Positions 36,251-48,575 of a stretch of DNA of 64,000 nucleotides are shown here, piece after piece. The stretch is from Gekko japonicus (lineage: Eukaryota): positions 1 to 64,000 of the forward strand of contig NW_015173141.1 in assembly GCF_001447785.1 (NCBI RefSeq), written 5' to 3'. Within the stretch, counting starts at the first letter, position 1. The number at the start of each line of letters is the position of its first letter. The notes under the pieces are model-generated. The model was not told where the DNA came from, searched no databases, and saw nothing but the letters and a program-made list of their open reading frames with translations. Both the position numbers and the translations under genes were made by a program.

Positions 36251-39200
36251 GTTAGAGCAGGTAGGCAGCCCTGCGGACATCCACACTTCGGACTCGGAAG
36301 AAAGCGAGCAGAGCACAGCAGCCGATCCGGCGGAGGCGCCACCAGCTCCGGTGCCCAAGTCTCCCCCGATGGCTGGAAGCCAGAAGTTCGAGTGCTTCGA
36401 ACCCTCCTCAGAAGACTGGGACTCCTACCTGTCCAGGTTCGAGTTCCATCTGGAGACCCACGACATCACCGATGAGGCGAAGAAACGAGCATGCCTCCTG
36501 AGTTCCTGCGGGAAGGGGACCTTCGACATAGCCAGGTCGTTGGTGGCCCCAACTGATATAAAGACTGTCACCTACGCTGACATCACGGAGAAGCTTAAGG
36601 CTCACTATTCTCCACAACCGTCGGAGATCGCCTGCCGGCACGCTTTTTACAAGCGGAACCAGGCCGGAGGCGAGACCATCGCAGATTTCGTGGCGGCCCT
36701 TCGCAAAGCCGCACGGCCATGTAATTTCCACAACGTGGAGGAAGCCCTCAGAGACCGTCTCGTCTGCGGTCTCAAAGATGAAAGGCTGCAACAGAGGCTG
36801 TTCGCCCGCACCACCCTGACCTGGGCAGTGGCCTACGAAGAGGCCGTGGCCGCGGAAGCAGCGGAGAAGTCCACGAAGGAGGTCCGCCAGCGGGTGGCAG
36901 AGCCCAGTATACACGCTCAACGAGACAGCGAGGGCGAAGACGCGGATGATGACGTCAACGCGGTTCGAGGCAAGCGGACCCCAGCGAAGACTACCAACGT
37001 CAAGCCTTGCTCCGGTTGTGGCGGGAAACACCAGCGCGACTCCTGTTGGGCTCGTGATGTCGACTGCAGAGCGTGTGGGCGGCGTGGTCATCTGGCCAGA
37101 GTCTGCAGATCAGCAAAGAAGGATCCCTCAACTAACAACCGGTCAGCGCAGAGGGGCACTCCAGTCAGCACCCAAGGCAAGACCCGTTCCTCAGCATCGG
37201 AAGCAAGCTGCCAGTTGACGGCGACCTTGTCGAGCGCATCGGCCGTAAATCGCACCAGCAGCCAGGGCAAGATCACCGTGACTCCACTCCTCGACGGCCG
37301 ACCCTGTACAATGGAGGTGGACTCAGGATCGTCCGTGACGGTGATTTCTGCCGCGTCCTGGCGCCAGTTGTTCCCGAACCGAAGCCGGCGGCGGCTCCAG
37401 CCTGCGGGAACCAGAGTGTCCGACTTCCAGGGCAACCGAATTCCCTTGGCCGGACGGGACTCTGTTACTGTTGAGTATAAGGGGAAATGTGTTAAACTGT
37501 CATTCCTGATTGCAGAGGGAGACCGGGTTAACCTGCTAGGGTTAGATTGGTTTGAGCCATTGGGCATTGGTATTTCTGGGATTAACAGGATGTCTGAAAA
37601 TAAATGGGGCATGCTGTACGACCTGTTCCCTGATGTATTTGCCGAAGGGTTGGGGAGGTACAAGGGCCCCCCGGTTGCGTTTGACTTAGATCCGTCAGTC
37701 AAACCTATTAGGTTGAAGTATCGGAAAGTACCTGTGTCTCTCAAACATAAGGTGGAAAAAGAGATTGACAAACTAGTTGAGCAAGGGGTTTTAGAGCCAG
37801 TACCATACAGCAAATGGGAGACCCCGATCGTAACCCCTGTCAAATCAGATGGGTCCATACGACTATGCGCCGATTACAAATGTACGATTAACAAGGCGCT
37901 GCAGCAACATTCGTACCCGGTCCCGGTAATAAGCCACATTTTGGCTTCCCTGGGGGGTGGCAAGATTTTCGCCAAATTTGACCTGGCCCAGGCATACCAG
38001 CAGTTGCCTGTCACCCCGGAGGCTGCCGAGGCCCAAACAATTGTAACCCACCAAGGGGCTTTTAAAGTGAACAGGCTGCAATTCGGGGTCAACGTAGCAC
38101 CTGGGATTTTTCAGGGCCTCATGGAACGTCTACTAAGGGGGGTACCTGGCACAGTGCCCTATTTTGACGACGTGCTGATTGCGGGCGGGTCTGAACAGGA
38201 ACTACTGGACCGGGTTAAAGAGGTCCTCAGGCGTTTTCAAAATGCCGGTCTCAGAGTTAAGCGCTCAAAATGCACGCTCGGGGTGGAAAGTGTGGACTTC
38301 CTGGGGTTTCGCATTGACGCAGAGGGAGTCCACCCCACGGATGAGAAGGTATCTGCAATCCAAAACGCCCCCAGGCCGGTGAGTAAGAAGGAGCTCCAAT
38401 CCTTTTTAGGACTCCTGAATTTTTATCATGCGTTTTTACCGCATAAGGCATCAGTGGCGGCCCCTTTGCACGCGCTTTTGCACAAGGAGGCAAAATGGAA
38501 GTGGGGGCAGGCCGAGGAAAAGGCTTTTGTGGGAGTCAAGGAGCTGCTGACATCTAATGCCGTACTCACGCATTATGATGAACACAAGCTCCTGGTGTTA
38601 GCTGCTGACGCTTCACCTTTTGGAGTAGGCGCAGTTTTAAGCCATCTGATGCCTGATGGGAGCGAAGCGCCTATCGCTTTTTATTCTAGATCACTATCTG
38701 CGGCAGAGCGGAACTATGCCCAGATAGACAAGGAGGGTCTGGCGTTGGTAGCGGCTGTCAAAAAGTTCCATGATTTTATTTTTGGCAGACGATTTTTGCT
38801 GGTCACTGACCACAAGCCGCTACTGGGGATTTTTGCGCCCGATAAGCAATTGCCAAACATCATGTCCCCACGCATGCTTAGATGGGCGATATTTTTGCAG
38901 GCTTATGATTTTGACTTAGAGCACCGGCCTGGGAAAGCGATTGGGCATGCGGATGCCCTCAGCCGGTGCCCGGTGCCGGACATTGGCGCAGACCCTGCCC
39001 CCGCCTGTGAGGTCTTGGCAATTGAGGAGCTTCCTCGACCCCCGGTATCATCCAGGGACATTGCAGCACACACGGCCAAGGATAGCGTGCTGTCCCGAGT
39101 ATTAAACTGGGTTTGGAGGGGGTGGCCGGTTGGAAGCGTTGAACCGGAGTTCGGCCCTTACAAAAGCCGTCAAAATGAACTATCCATTTCTAAGGGCTGT

Positions 39201-40412
39201 GTATTATGGGGGAACAGGGTGGTGGTTCCTGACAAACTCAGGACGAGAGTGTTAGAGTCGCTGCACGAGGGTCACCCCGGTATGGTACACACCAAAGCGT
39301 TGGCCAGAGGGTATGTCTGGTGGCCGGGGCTGGACAAAGAGATCGAAGAATGGGTACGAGGGTGTCCCAAATGCCAGCAAGTCAGACCCGATCCCCCACA
39401 AGCTACACCCCAAGGCTGGGAGTCATCTGGTAAACCCTGGGCCAGATTGCATATAGATTTTGCTGGCCCTCTCCAAGGGCAAATGTTCCTAATTGTGGTG
39501 GACGCTATGTCCAAATGGCTGGAGGTCGTGCATATGAAATCGACCACATCACTTGCTGTGATCCATGCGCTCCGCCGACTTTTTGCCACCCACGGGTTGC
39601 CTGACGTCATCGTCAGTGACAACGGGCCTCAATTTGTGTCTGAGGAATTTAGGCTCTTCCTCACGAGTAATGGCATACGCCAAATGACTTCGGCCCCTTT
39701 CCATCCGGCATCTAATGGCCAAGCCGAACGGATGGTCAGGACGGCCAAAGAGGCCCTGGGTAAAATGGACGAAGGGGACTGGAGCCAGAGGCTGGGCTCC
39801 TTTCTTTTGCTGCAGCACACCACCCCCTGTAGTGCTACAGGCCGTAGTCCGGCCGAATTGTTAATGGGGCGGAGACTCACGACCCGTTTGAACCGAATGC
39901 ACCCAGACCTCACTGAAGAGCAATCCGAGCGTACCACGGCGCAACCGAAGGTGCGCATGTTTGAAAAAGGGGACAAGGTTTTCGCACGAAATTATGCAAA
40001 CGGGCACTTATGGCTTCCTGGGGTTATATCCGACTCTGTGGGTACTCGAATGTATGTGGTGCAGTTAGCTGACGGTCGAATATGGCGGCGCCACATAGAT
40101 CAGTTAAGGAGACGTTGGGCTAGGGACAGCGCTGACTCTCCGACGGCTGAATCCCCTGATGTCGAGTGGACACCCCCAGAGCAGGCGGTGAGTACCAAAA
40201 GGCCCGGTACTGTCCCCGAGTCAGGGCAGAACCCTGTGTGCGGGGCTGAAATCCCAGTCGAGTCTGTGCCTGATCCAGGCTGTAGTGAACCCCACTCTGA
40301 CCCACAACCTTGTCTGCCCGTGGAGCCTGCACCGCTCCGCAGGTCCCAGCGTTCGCGGCAAATGCCGACTTATCTGAAGGACTATGAGTGTAAATACTGT
40401 TGGAATAACTGA
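36249..40412 (+). CDS. gag-pol: Gag-Pol polyprotein, 1387 aa (alternative start ATG at 36369)
   Basis: Two Zn knuckles (CSGCGGKH..C and CRACGRRGHLARVC), VDSG protease, YFDD RT, ADAS and TDHKPL RNase H, H..H..C..C plus HIDF, SDNG and GQAER integrase. Confidence 0.96.
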   Translation: MLEQVGSPADIHTSDSEESEQSTAADPAEAPPAPVPKSPPMAGSQKFECFEPSSEDWDSYLSRFEFHLETHDITDEAKKRACLLSSCGKGTFDIARSLVAPTDIKTVTYADITEKLKAHYSPQPSEIACRHAFYKRNQAGGETIADFVAALRKAARPCNFHNVEEALRDRLVCGLKDERLQQRLFARTTLTWAVAYEEAVAAEAAEKSTKEVRQRVAEPSIHAQRDSEGEDADDDVNAVRGKRTPAKTTNVKPCSGCGGKHQRDSCWARDVDCRACGRRGHLARVCRSAKKDPSTNNRSAQRGTPVSTQGKTRSSASEASCQLTATLSSASAVNRTSSQGKITVTPLLDGRPCTMEVDSGSSVTVISAASWRQLFPNRSRRRLQPAGTRVSDFQGNRIPLAGRDSVTVEYKGKCVKLSFLIAEGDRVNLLGLDWFEPLGIGISGINRMSENKWGMLYDLFPDVFAEGLGRYKGPPVAFDLDPSVKPIRLKYRKVPVSLKHKVEKEIDKLVEQGVLEPVPYSKWETPIVTPVKSDGSIRLCADYKCTINKALQQHSYPVPVISHILASLGGGKIFAKFDLAQAYQQLPVTPEAAEAQTIVTHQGAFKVNRLQFGVNVAPGIFQGLMERLLRGVPGTVPYFDDVLIAGGSEQELLDRVKEVLRRFQNAGLRVKRSKCTLGVESVDFLGFRIDAEGVHPTDEKVSAIQNAPRPVSKKELQSFLGLLNFYHAFLPHKASVAAPLHALLHKEAKWKWGQAEEKAFVGVKELLTSNAVLTHYDEHKLLVLAADASPFGVGAVLSHLMPDGSEAPIAFYSRSLSAAERNYAQIDKEGLALVAAVKKFHDFIFGRRFLLVTDHKPLLGIFAPDKQLPNIMSPRMLRWAIFLQAYDFDLEHRPGKAIGHADALSRCPVPDIGADPAPACEVLAIEELPRPPVSSRDIAAHTAKDSVLSRVLNWVWRGWPVGSVEPEFGPYKSRQNELSISKGCVLWGNRVVVPDKLRTRVLESLHEGHPGMVHTKALARGYVWWPGLDKEIEEWVRGCPKCQQVRPDPPQATPQGWESSGKPWARLHIDFAGPLQGQMFLIVVDAMSKWLEVVHMKSTTSLAVIHALRRLFATHGLPDVIVSDNGPQFVSEEFRLFLTSNGIRQMTSAPFHPASNGQAERMVRTAKEALGKMDEGDWSQRLGSFLLLQHTTPCSATGRSPAELLMGRRLTTRLNRMHPDLTEEQSERTTAQPKVRMFEKGDKVFARNYANGHLWLPGVISDSVGTRMYVVQLADGRIWRRHIDQLRRRWARDSADSPTAESPDVEWTPPEQAVSTKRPGTVPESGQNPVCGAEIPVESVPDPGCSEPHSDPQPCLPVEPAPLRRSQRSRQMPTYLKDYECKYCWNN

Positions 40413-40485
40413 TGTACAAAGGTTGATTGCATGTATGTAAATAATAAAACAATTGGGATGATGGCTTAATTTAGGGGGGAGGAAT

Positions 40486-40842
40486 TGTAATGTATTGAAA
40501 TGATTACATGAATCACCTCATAGGACTCCCATGTTAAGCTTCAAGCCAGACCAGGGCTCCTCTGAGCGAACTTCCTATTGGTCGCTTCGTAACAGCGACC
40601 AATCAGAACGATACCATTCCCTAGGAGGGAAAGACTCCCATTGGTCTTTATTCTAGCAATCTCATTGGTTGTTATTTGTAAATAGGCGTGGCTACATTAG
40701 CCCGGTTATGTTTAAAAGGAGCATAAGCTCCCACTGTTTTCTGTTCTGGTTTCTTACTGAGTTAGTGCTTGTTCGTTACTTCCAATAAAGCTGAATCACT
40801 TGCTGAATCACTGTACGAGTCCTTTGTTAGCGCGATCTAACA
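40486..40842 (+). repeat. 3' LTR of Mag element
   Basis: No difference from the 5' LTR found by eye. Confidence 0.97.
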
Positions 40843-41039
40843 GATAATATGCCTGTTAACCTGCTTCAAACACAGTAATTCAGCTATTGTAGATTGTAGA
40901 TAACTTCACACAAAAATGGCAGACCCTAAAGCCTGCTTTGCTAATCTTAAAGACAATTGTTTTAAATTGAAAGGGATTTTTGATTCCAGTGCAAGATGAA
41001 AGCTTTTCTGTTAAGTACTGAATTACTGGATACCAGACC

Positions 41040-43434
41040 CCCACAGATTTTAAGGATGTATTTTCCTGTTTGTTTAAGGTATTATGTTGTGTTATCTTTC
41101 ATAATACAAAATATTCTCACAGTTTTCCTCTCCATATTGTTATAGAAAGGGCTTGTATGTTTCTCCAGTATGCTGCAAGTAAGATTCTTGCCACTGCTAG
41201 AAAGATTGCTATCAATTCTTTTTTGCCTTGTTAGAAAAAGAATTTTCTGGTATCAAAGGTAGTTTACTGCCCATTATTGTATGCATTTCCTGCAACACTT
41301 GTCTCTAGAAAATATGAACATACGCACACACCCACCAACTGTGCAGGAAGTCTCCTGTTTGACCACATTGTTTCCAGCATTTTTTTTTTGGCCACTTGTT
41401 GCTTTTATTCTATTTAAATGTGTTGGCATTATGTACCATCTAGTTGTCATCTTAGACATTTGGAATCGAATGTTAAAGATATTTGATTTAAGGCTAGAAG
41501 TAATCTTGTCCAGTCATCGTCTGTTAATCTATTTTGGCAGTCTACATTCCATTGTTTTTGACTTTTCAAAGTCTTGAAGCTACCAATGGAAAACAATATT
41601 TGATATATTTTAGAGATGAGACCTGATGAAGATCCATCATTTTCTTTCATTAGTTGTTCAAAATCATTTAAGGATAGGGGCCTAGGTTGTCAATCAATCA
41701 ATCAATCAATCTAATTTATTGCGGCAGGAGCCAGTAAAACAATACAATTCTGATATAAAAGGGATTAAAACAGTAATAACATGGGAATAATATAAAAACA
41801 TTAACAGGAGAGAGTTAATAACATTAGTAAAGTAAAATAGTGTTAATAAGAGAATCATACAATTTTTTCAGCTAAAATAAGTTTGCATTTCCTAATAGCT
41901 AAGCAACAAAATTTTGCCACAGTGTAAGTCACTGAGCTCTGAATGTCTTCTAAGAGGAATTTGCGAAGGACTTCTGGCCTAAAGTCAAGATAAGACTGCA
42001 AAGGGCTAAATCTAGACAGAAGGAGTAGTATAAGATGGTTTCGTTCCTCCTGACAGAATCTGCAGAACAGGAGGACATGAGTAATTGATTCCACCATATT
42101 AGCCATGCATGGGCATATACGTTCATGCATTGGGACTCGGGTGAATTTACGTTGCAGTGCAGCGGAAGGAAGTGCCTCAAAACGGGCTCTGGAAAAGGCC
42201 CATCTATAGGGTTCATAGGCAATGTTAACTATATAAGGGGCAACAGTAAAATTTGGCCAAGACTTTATGTTTCTGTAGTTCTCAGGTAGCAAAGCTTCTC
42301 CATTTTGTGATTCAATATGATGAAGCCTCTGCACGACAGCTGTTCTTGCCTTGTATAGGCTTCCATAGAAGAGATCTTCTGGGAGTAGGCCAATCTGATT
42401 TAATTTATTAAGAATTTGTGTGGACCAGGCAGGGTAAGGATCCAAGGCTAAAAAGTAAGGTATTAAACCCTTTGGGTTGTAATGAATTTTTAGCCAGAGC
42501 ATTATAGCCTGCTCCCAGACCTTTGTTTCAACTCTGAGTAGCCCAGCCTAAGTGACATTAGAGGTACTTCTAGGAACGCCAAATAGAGATCTAAGAAATT
42601 TAGACTGAACCTTTTCAAGGGTCTTTAGATTGGCAGAAAGTCCGATTTGTGAGCCATACAGGAGTTGAGCCAATGATTTTGCCTGGAAGTTTAAGGCCAT
42701 GGGGAGAAAGCCTGCACCTTTCCTTCTGGGGCCTAGGTTGTATTGTTTGTGAGTTCCTTAACATGTGTGCAGTCTGCAGGAATCTACACCAAGGAATTGT
42801 TTGCCCCACCTTTACTTCCAGTTGGGTCTTTTCTAAGATCTTGCCCTTATCATATGTCTCGTAATCTGGTTATCCCTGCCTGATGCCATTTCAAGAAAGC
42901 TGCATGTTCTTTCTCTTGGGGGAACCACTCTTGATTTTAAAAAAACTTTAGTACTGAGTTCTCTAGGGCTAAGATCTGCTTCCGTTTATCCCAAATTTTG
43001 CAGGTTGTATCCAAGAGATGATCTTTAATTATTAGAGGTCCGTGTTTAGATTCCCCCCACCCATAAGCCTCTGCAAGCAAAAGTGGAGTTGAGAAGAAAC
43101 TTTCAATTTGCAGCCAGTTTTCCTCTACATTCCCTGTGCATGATTGTATAACATTTTCCATAATGGAGAACTCATAGTATTTTGTTAAATCTAGTATTCC
43201 TAACCCTCCTCTTTCTGTTGGTCTACAAATTGTTTCAAAGCTCACCCTTGGGATTCTATTTGCCCAGAAAAATTTGTTGATTGATTGTTGCCACTTTTGT
43301 AAGTCTTTTTTTGTGTGTGTGTGTGATGTTGATTGGGACCATGCCTGAACAAGAATAAATATTTCGAAAGTATAAAGCTTTTCACCTAACTTAGCCTATC
43401 TCCCCACGTTAATTTTAGTTGATTCCATTTTTTT
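41040..43434 (-). mobile_element. Degenerate L1-clade ORF2 3' part, interrupted by an RTEX-like insertion
   Basis: ICRPTERGGLGILDLTKYY, LISKIYQIL...QKQW, TRWYIMPTHL and CWK..C remnant. Confidence 0.75.
41690..42614 (-). mobile_element. RTEX-like non-LTR 3' fragment with (ATTG)n tail
   Basis: RWAFSRARFEALPSA...HERICPC...ESITHVLLFC, tail tcaatcaatcaatc. Confidence 0.75.
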
Positions 43435-43729
43435 AGTTTGGTGTAGTGGTTAAGTGTGCAGACTCTAATCTGGGAGAACTGGGTTTGATTCCCCACTCCT
43501 CCACTTGCACCTGCTGATGTGACCTTGGGTCAGTCACAAGCTCTGGCACAGCTGTTCCTGAAAGAACAGGTTGTGTCAGAGTTCTCTCAGAGGGGAAGGG
43601 AAAGGAGTTTGTAAGCCGCTCTGAGACTCCAAGTGAAGGGCAGGGTATAAATCCAATCTCTTCTTCTTCTTCTTCTTCTTCTTCTTCTTCTTCTTCTTCT
43701 TCTTCTTCTTCTTCTTCTTCTTCTTCTTC
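43435..43729 (+). mobile_element. tRNA-derived SINE (internal deletion) with expanded (TTC)n tail
   Basis: Same family as 20511, with ~70-bp TTC run. Confidence 0.88.
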
Positions 43730-45420
43730 GTTGAGTCAAGGTTTCTAAATATGTTTTTTTTTCAAAGTTTTGTTTTTAATGTCTGATATTTCAACTGGAA
43801 TCTGTACTCCTAAGTGTCTCCGCATTGTTTCTGTCCATTTGTACTTATATTTAGCTTTCCTGTGCATTCCTAAGCAAGCTTTGTTCAGAGTAAACCCCAC
43901 TGAATAAAATGAGACTCACTTCCACATAGACATGCTTAGGAGTGTTCCCTTTATATATTAACCTAACAGGTAAAAAATAAGACGCAGAGAGATGCAGTTT
44001 AATATTTGGCATCTTTGTCTTGTTATGTGATATCCATTTTTCAGCAGCCATCATAGTAACTGATCTGTACTTTCCCCATCCAGTGTTTTAAAAGGCCTGC
44101 TGGCTACAAAATAACATTGTTTAATGTTCTCCCCTTCAGTCAATGAACTTTAACAGAAACTAATGCATTTTAACTGAATTTTTGTTTATCTCAAGGAGCA
44201 TATTGTAATAAAATCAATACATTCTTGCTGAAAGCCACACAAATCCACTGGAAAGAATACATTGTTACCAGAAATAATACACAGTTTTATAAAATCTGTA
44301 TATTTTAGTGAAAGCACAGTAATACATTTTAAGTGCAACCAAAATGTTTCCCCAGGGCTGATACCAACAAAATGTTCATTTTTAGCAAAACCAATATAAT
44401 CTTGCAGCAATAATTATTCTGTTTTTGAGTTGCCATTGTCAAACTTCATCAAAATTAATGTTAGTGACTTAGATGTATTTCTAAAATAATCAGAAATTAG
44501 ATAGTACTGCAAAGTGCACATTTTAGAGTGGACATCAAAAAATTGCAGAACATAAAAGTATGAGCCTCTGTAAGATCATAACATTAATTGCTTCTACACA
44601 TAGACGTATCATCAGTGATGAGTGGCAGAAATAGAAGCTTATTTGCATTGCATTGTCAATTATTATTATTGCATTTGTTTTTGTCTGTACATGCAAACAG
44701 TTTAAAAGCCATTTGGGCTGATCTGTATCTCAAAACATGAGTACAAATCTATAGGAATGAGTAACACAAAGCCCTTTCAGCTCCTGCCAAGAACAACGGA
44801 TTGAATATTGAGCTTCTGTGATGGGGAAAACATGCAACTAATATCTTCCAGAACCAATAAGATGGTAGCTCAGTTAACTTGATCTCACCTGAGAAACAGG
44901 CACAGCAATCCTGTGTTGTGCCTGTGCTGTGGCCGTGGTGCAGCTGCAGCTGCAGCATCGCTAGTTGCCTTGCTAAGGGGATAAGTACATGACAGCTGAA
45001 TGGGGAAAAGGTGTCCCAACAGTGTTGTCAGATACTGCCACAGCGACATCCATGACAATCCTGCCACAACTTTTCCTCCTGACATTTTTGTGAGGCAGGG
45101 GCAGCATGATAGACAGCGCAGGCAGGACCAATGGGAGCCATGAGTCCAGGAGGCTGAGCCAAGCATCTGTCACTGGCAGGGGGCAGAGAAAAGCAACACT
45201 CCTCCTCTGTCACATACACACCCTTAAAGAGACCAGCTCCCATCACAAGCCCTGGCCACTTGCCAGTGGAGAGGGGGGCATCACCTGTCAGCCCCGCAGG
45301 CACCCCGTGGTGACACTCCACACACAGAGTGCACCGGGCCCCAGAGGGTGACAATGGACAAGAACATAAATTTGAGAGTGCCTTCCACTCACTACTGGCT
45401 GCAGTGGCCAGACCTGTACC

Positions 45421-45790
45421 CAGGGGTCATTTCCAGGAGGGGAGCTCCGGCAGTAGGGAGCCCAGGGGGCGGGCATATGCAACAAGCCCCGCCCCCTGCT
45501 CCCAGCAGCCCTCAGTTGGGCCACGAGGAGCAAGAAATAGCCAGGTAAGTTGCAGAGCCCTCCCCCCGGCCCACCTTCAGGTACAAGCTCTCCCTCCTCT
45601 GTGAAGGCAGATCTTCATGTCCCCCCCCCAATACCTAGCAATCCAAAACAGTCCAGTGGAGTCTGAGTGGTGGATGTTGCCTTCTGATACACTTCCAGTG
45701 GTGTCAGGGGGTGTGGGATATGCAAATAAGTTATGCTAATAAGTTATGCTAATGAGCTCTTGCACCTCTTTTTCTACAAAATGACCCCTG
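45421..45790. mobile_element. hAT MITE (caggggtcattt TIR), copy 2, opposite orientation to 19289
   Basis: Perfect TSD CCTGTACC and TIRs. Confidence 0.9.
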
Positions 45791-46649
45791 CCTGTACCCA
45801 TGCTGCTGAGTGCATCCCTGTGCCAACCTGTGTGCCACCCCCACCTGAAGCTTAGCACGAGGAAGGGTGGAAGTGCCAGAAGCCCTAGAGAGACTGGGTG
45901 GTCCCCTGGCAGCTTCTCAATGCACCCCTGTCCCTCGCCCACATCCCTCACTATGGTAAGAAGGTCGTCCAGGTGCCCAGCAGCTGCCGTTACAGATGCT
46001 GCCAATCTCTACATTCAGTGCTGCCCCCTGGAAAAGGCTTCCTGCAACTCGCAATGGCCCTTACCATGGCTGCCAATGGGCTGTGCTGGCATTTTTGCCG
46101 ACACAATTTTGCACCTGTTCTAGGGAGTGTTCCCATGCTGAAAATGTTTTGGGAGATGACTGACTGGCACCATGCTCCCTGACATACCCACATTTTGGAT
46201 GGAGCAGGGGTTTGCACTGTTACTCCACCAGTGTGCAGCTGCATGCCCTGTGCTGGCATATATGCCTTTTACCCCAGCATAAATCTGAGTTATGCTAGCA
46301 TAGGGGTTAGTTGGCTCCCTATTCTGATTCACACACACACACCCAGGATTACTCTGTAAAGGAACCAACTTTTCCCCAGTAATATCTTGGGAAAGTGATC
46401 GATTCTGTGCAAATGACTCAGCTGAACTGTGCAGTATTGACAGTGCAATCCTACGTGGAGTTACACCCTTCTACATACTCTGAAGCCAACAGAATTAGAA
46501 GGGTGCAAAGGGTGCAAAAAATTAAAGATTTTTCTTTATCTTTAATACATAAATCCCAGATGTCTTCTCCCATTGCTTTATCTGTGGTATTATCCTAGTT
46601 TATAGATGCTCCAAGAGAGATGGTGAAAGAATGATAATCTAGAATGTAA

Positions 46650-46784
46650 AGGTAAAGGTAAAGGTTCCCTTGCTCAAAAGCCAGTCGAATCCGACTCTAG
46701 GGTTGCAGTGCTCATCTCCGTTTCAAAGCCGAAGAGCCAGGGCTGTCCGAAGATGTTTCCATGGTCATGTGGCCGGCATGACTA
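46650..46784 (-). mobile_element. 5'-truncated Sauria SINE with (ACCTTT)n tail
   Basis: aaggtaaaggtaaagg...ggtcatgtggccggcatgact, 14-bp TSD AATCTAGAATGTAA. Confidence 0.88.
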
Positions 46785-48285
46785 AATCTAGAATGTAAGT
46801 GGTACCAATTCTGGTCATTTTATATCTATTATTTATTTATATCTATTCTTTTAAACTCAACTATGTATCTGTCTACATTTTTCCTCCTCTCTTTCATGCT
46901 TCATTTCTCCTTTCCCATTTTTGTCCCCCTCCTCTCTTTCTCCTTAGTTGTCTCCAAAAGTTGCTATAATGCTTTTAGTGAAATTCACCTCAGGTCAGGT
47001 TGCAGCTCACCAGTCAAAGACAAATGATACAGATAAATGGCTAAATTTTTCAGTAAATAAGCCACTTTTCATGTGTTACTGACAGTCTGACAGAACAAAT
47101 AATCATTTGGTATCCCCACAACATTTTTATGTACCTTCCCTTAACTACAAAAATGTGTGAAGTGTTGATTAATATGCAAATGAGTCAAAAAGGGAAAAAA
47201 TAACAGGAAAATAAATAGTACAATTAAACTGCTAGGATAGAAAAAGGTTAATTGGATTCCTACTGCCACCACTCCAGGATGGTTTTCATCCTCTGAAATA
47301 GGTTGTTTTCACTTTGGAGTAATTGATCGAGTTCCAAAAAGCATAAGCATTGGATTCCAAAAGATCAAAAAGACAAATTGCAGCAAGACCCATACACTGC
47401 AGTAATACCAGATTTTACCTGCATTCATTATATTTCCCCCTCTGGCATTTCTCCAATAATGAGCTCCTCATATTGTGTTTCTTAACTGAATTTCACTTTT
47501 TAAAAAATACTTTATTTTTCCAAATGGATCTGTCCAGCTTTTATGACAGACAGTGAGAGGAGCTTCTAATTGCTGTCCTCAGCACAACATCAACTCTTTG
47601 AGATACTGGAAGTCAGTTGTAGCACTCATTTTGCCTTAGAAATTATGCTTTTGGCAATCTCGCTCTCTCTCCCCCCCCCCTCTGTGTCACACACACACAC
47701 ACACACAAAGCGCACACACATTCACTCACTCACTCTCAGCCTCAGGTTTTGTCCCATACCAAAAAATAAAACATTTCTTGTTCAACATCTTCTCCTCTCT
47801 CACATATAGAAGAAGTTTAATTCATAGAGAAATTCCTGTTGAGATCCTGACCATCAGCCTTCATTTCTTTTTAAGGAGATCTGAACAGAATTCTTCTAAC
47901 TGATTAAAAATATTAGTCTATAAGTGGCCATGTATGTAAAGTCATCCTTGAATATTCCTGTAATAAATGATGCTGATATGGGAAGATCAAACATTTATTG
48001 ATTAATTAGTATATGAGAAATGGGGAAAAATAAAATATGTGATAATCAGTGGTACTGACCAAAACAGGCTGGTCCCAATCATTGTATAATAAGCCACAAT
48101 CTCCAAAAGATTAATCGGTGTGCTGATTCTCACAGTATTATCAAAGTGTGTTTTAATCAAGAATGTACAAATAATAAATAAATAGAAAATGCATGAGACA
48201 AGTGTAAGCAAAACTCACATCAAAAGTAGATGTTAGAAATAACATATATCATCTTATGTTTTGTTTGATTAGATTCAGGTGGGGT

Positions 48286-48372
48286 ATCTAAGGAAGTATG
48301 CTTGCACATGAAAGTTTATACCGTGAGTAAAACTTTGTTGGTCTTAAAGGTGCCACTGGACTTAAACTTTGT
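48286..48372 (+). mobile_element. Penelope-like pseudo-LTR fragment, degenerate hammerhead
   Basis: ctaaggaagtatgcttgcacatGAAAgtttatacc..aaaactttgttggtcttaaaggtgccactggac. Confidence 0.55.
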
Positions 48373-48525
48373 TTGAACGATTACTAGCATTTTATTATGT
48401 TCAAATGGCTTAGATGGTTTTAGAACTGTTTTAACTGTAATTTATGTTTTTATTGTGATTTATGTGTTTATTCTTATACAAGCCGCCCTCAGCTGGCCTT
48501 GGCTGGGAGGGTGGGGTAGAAATTT

Positions 48526-48574
<49 letters not shown>
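48526..48574. repeat. (GATA)n microsatellite at an L2-like 3' tail
   Basis: Direct sequence, preceded by aagccgccctcag...gggtggggtagaaa. Confidence 0.85.

Positions 48575-48575
<1 letters not shown>

Larger units (their letters stand above)
35874..40842 (+). mobile_element. Full-length, apparently intact Ty3/Gypsy LTR retrotransposon (Mag clade)
   Basis: 357-bp TG...CA LTRs (35874-36230, 40486-40842), GATAA TSD, PBS, PPT agggggga-ggaa, uninterrupted ORF. Confidence 0.98.

Noticed and set aside
36408-40452. Antisense ORFs within the Mag element
   Set aside because: Shadow frames of a GC-rich coding strand; no env-like or other domain seen
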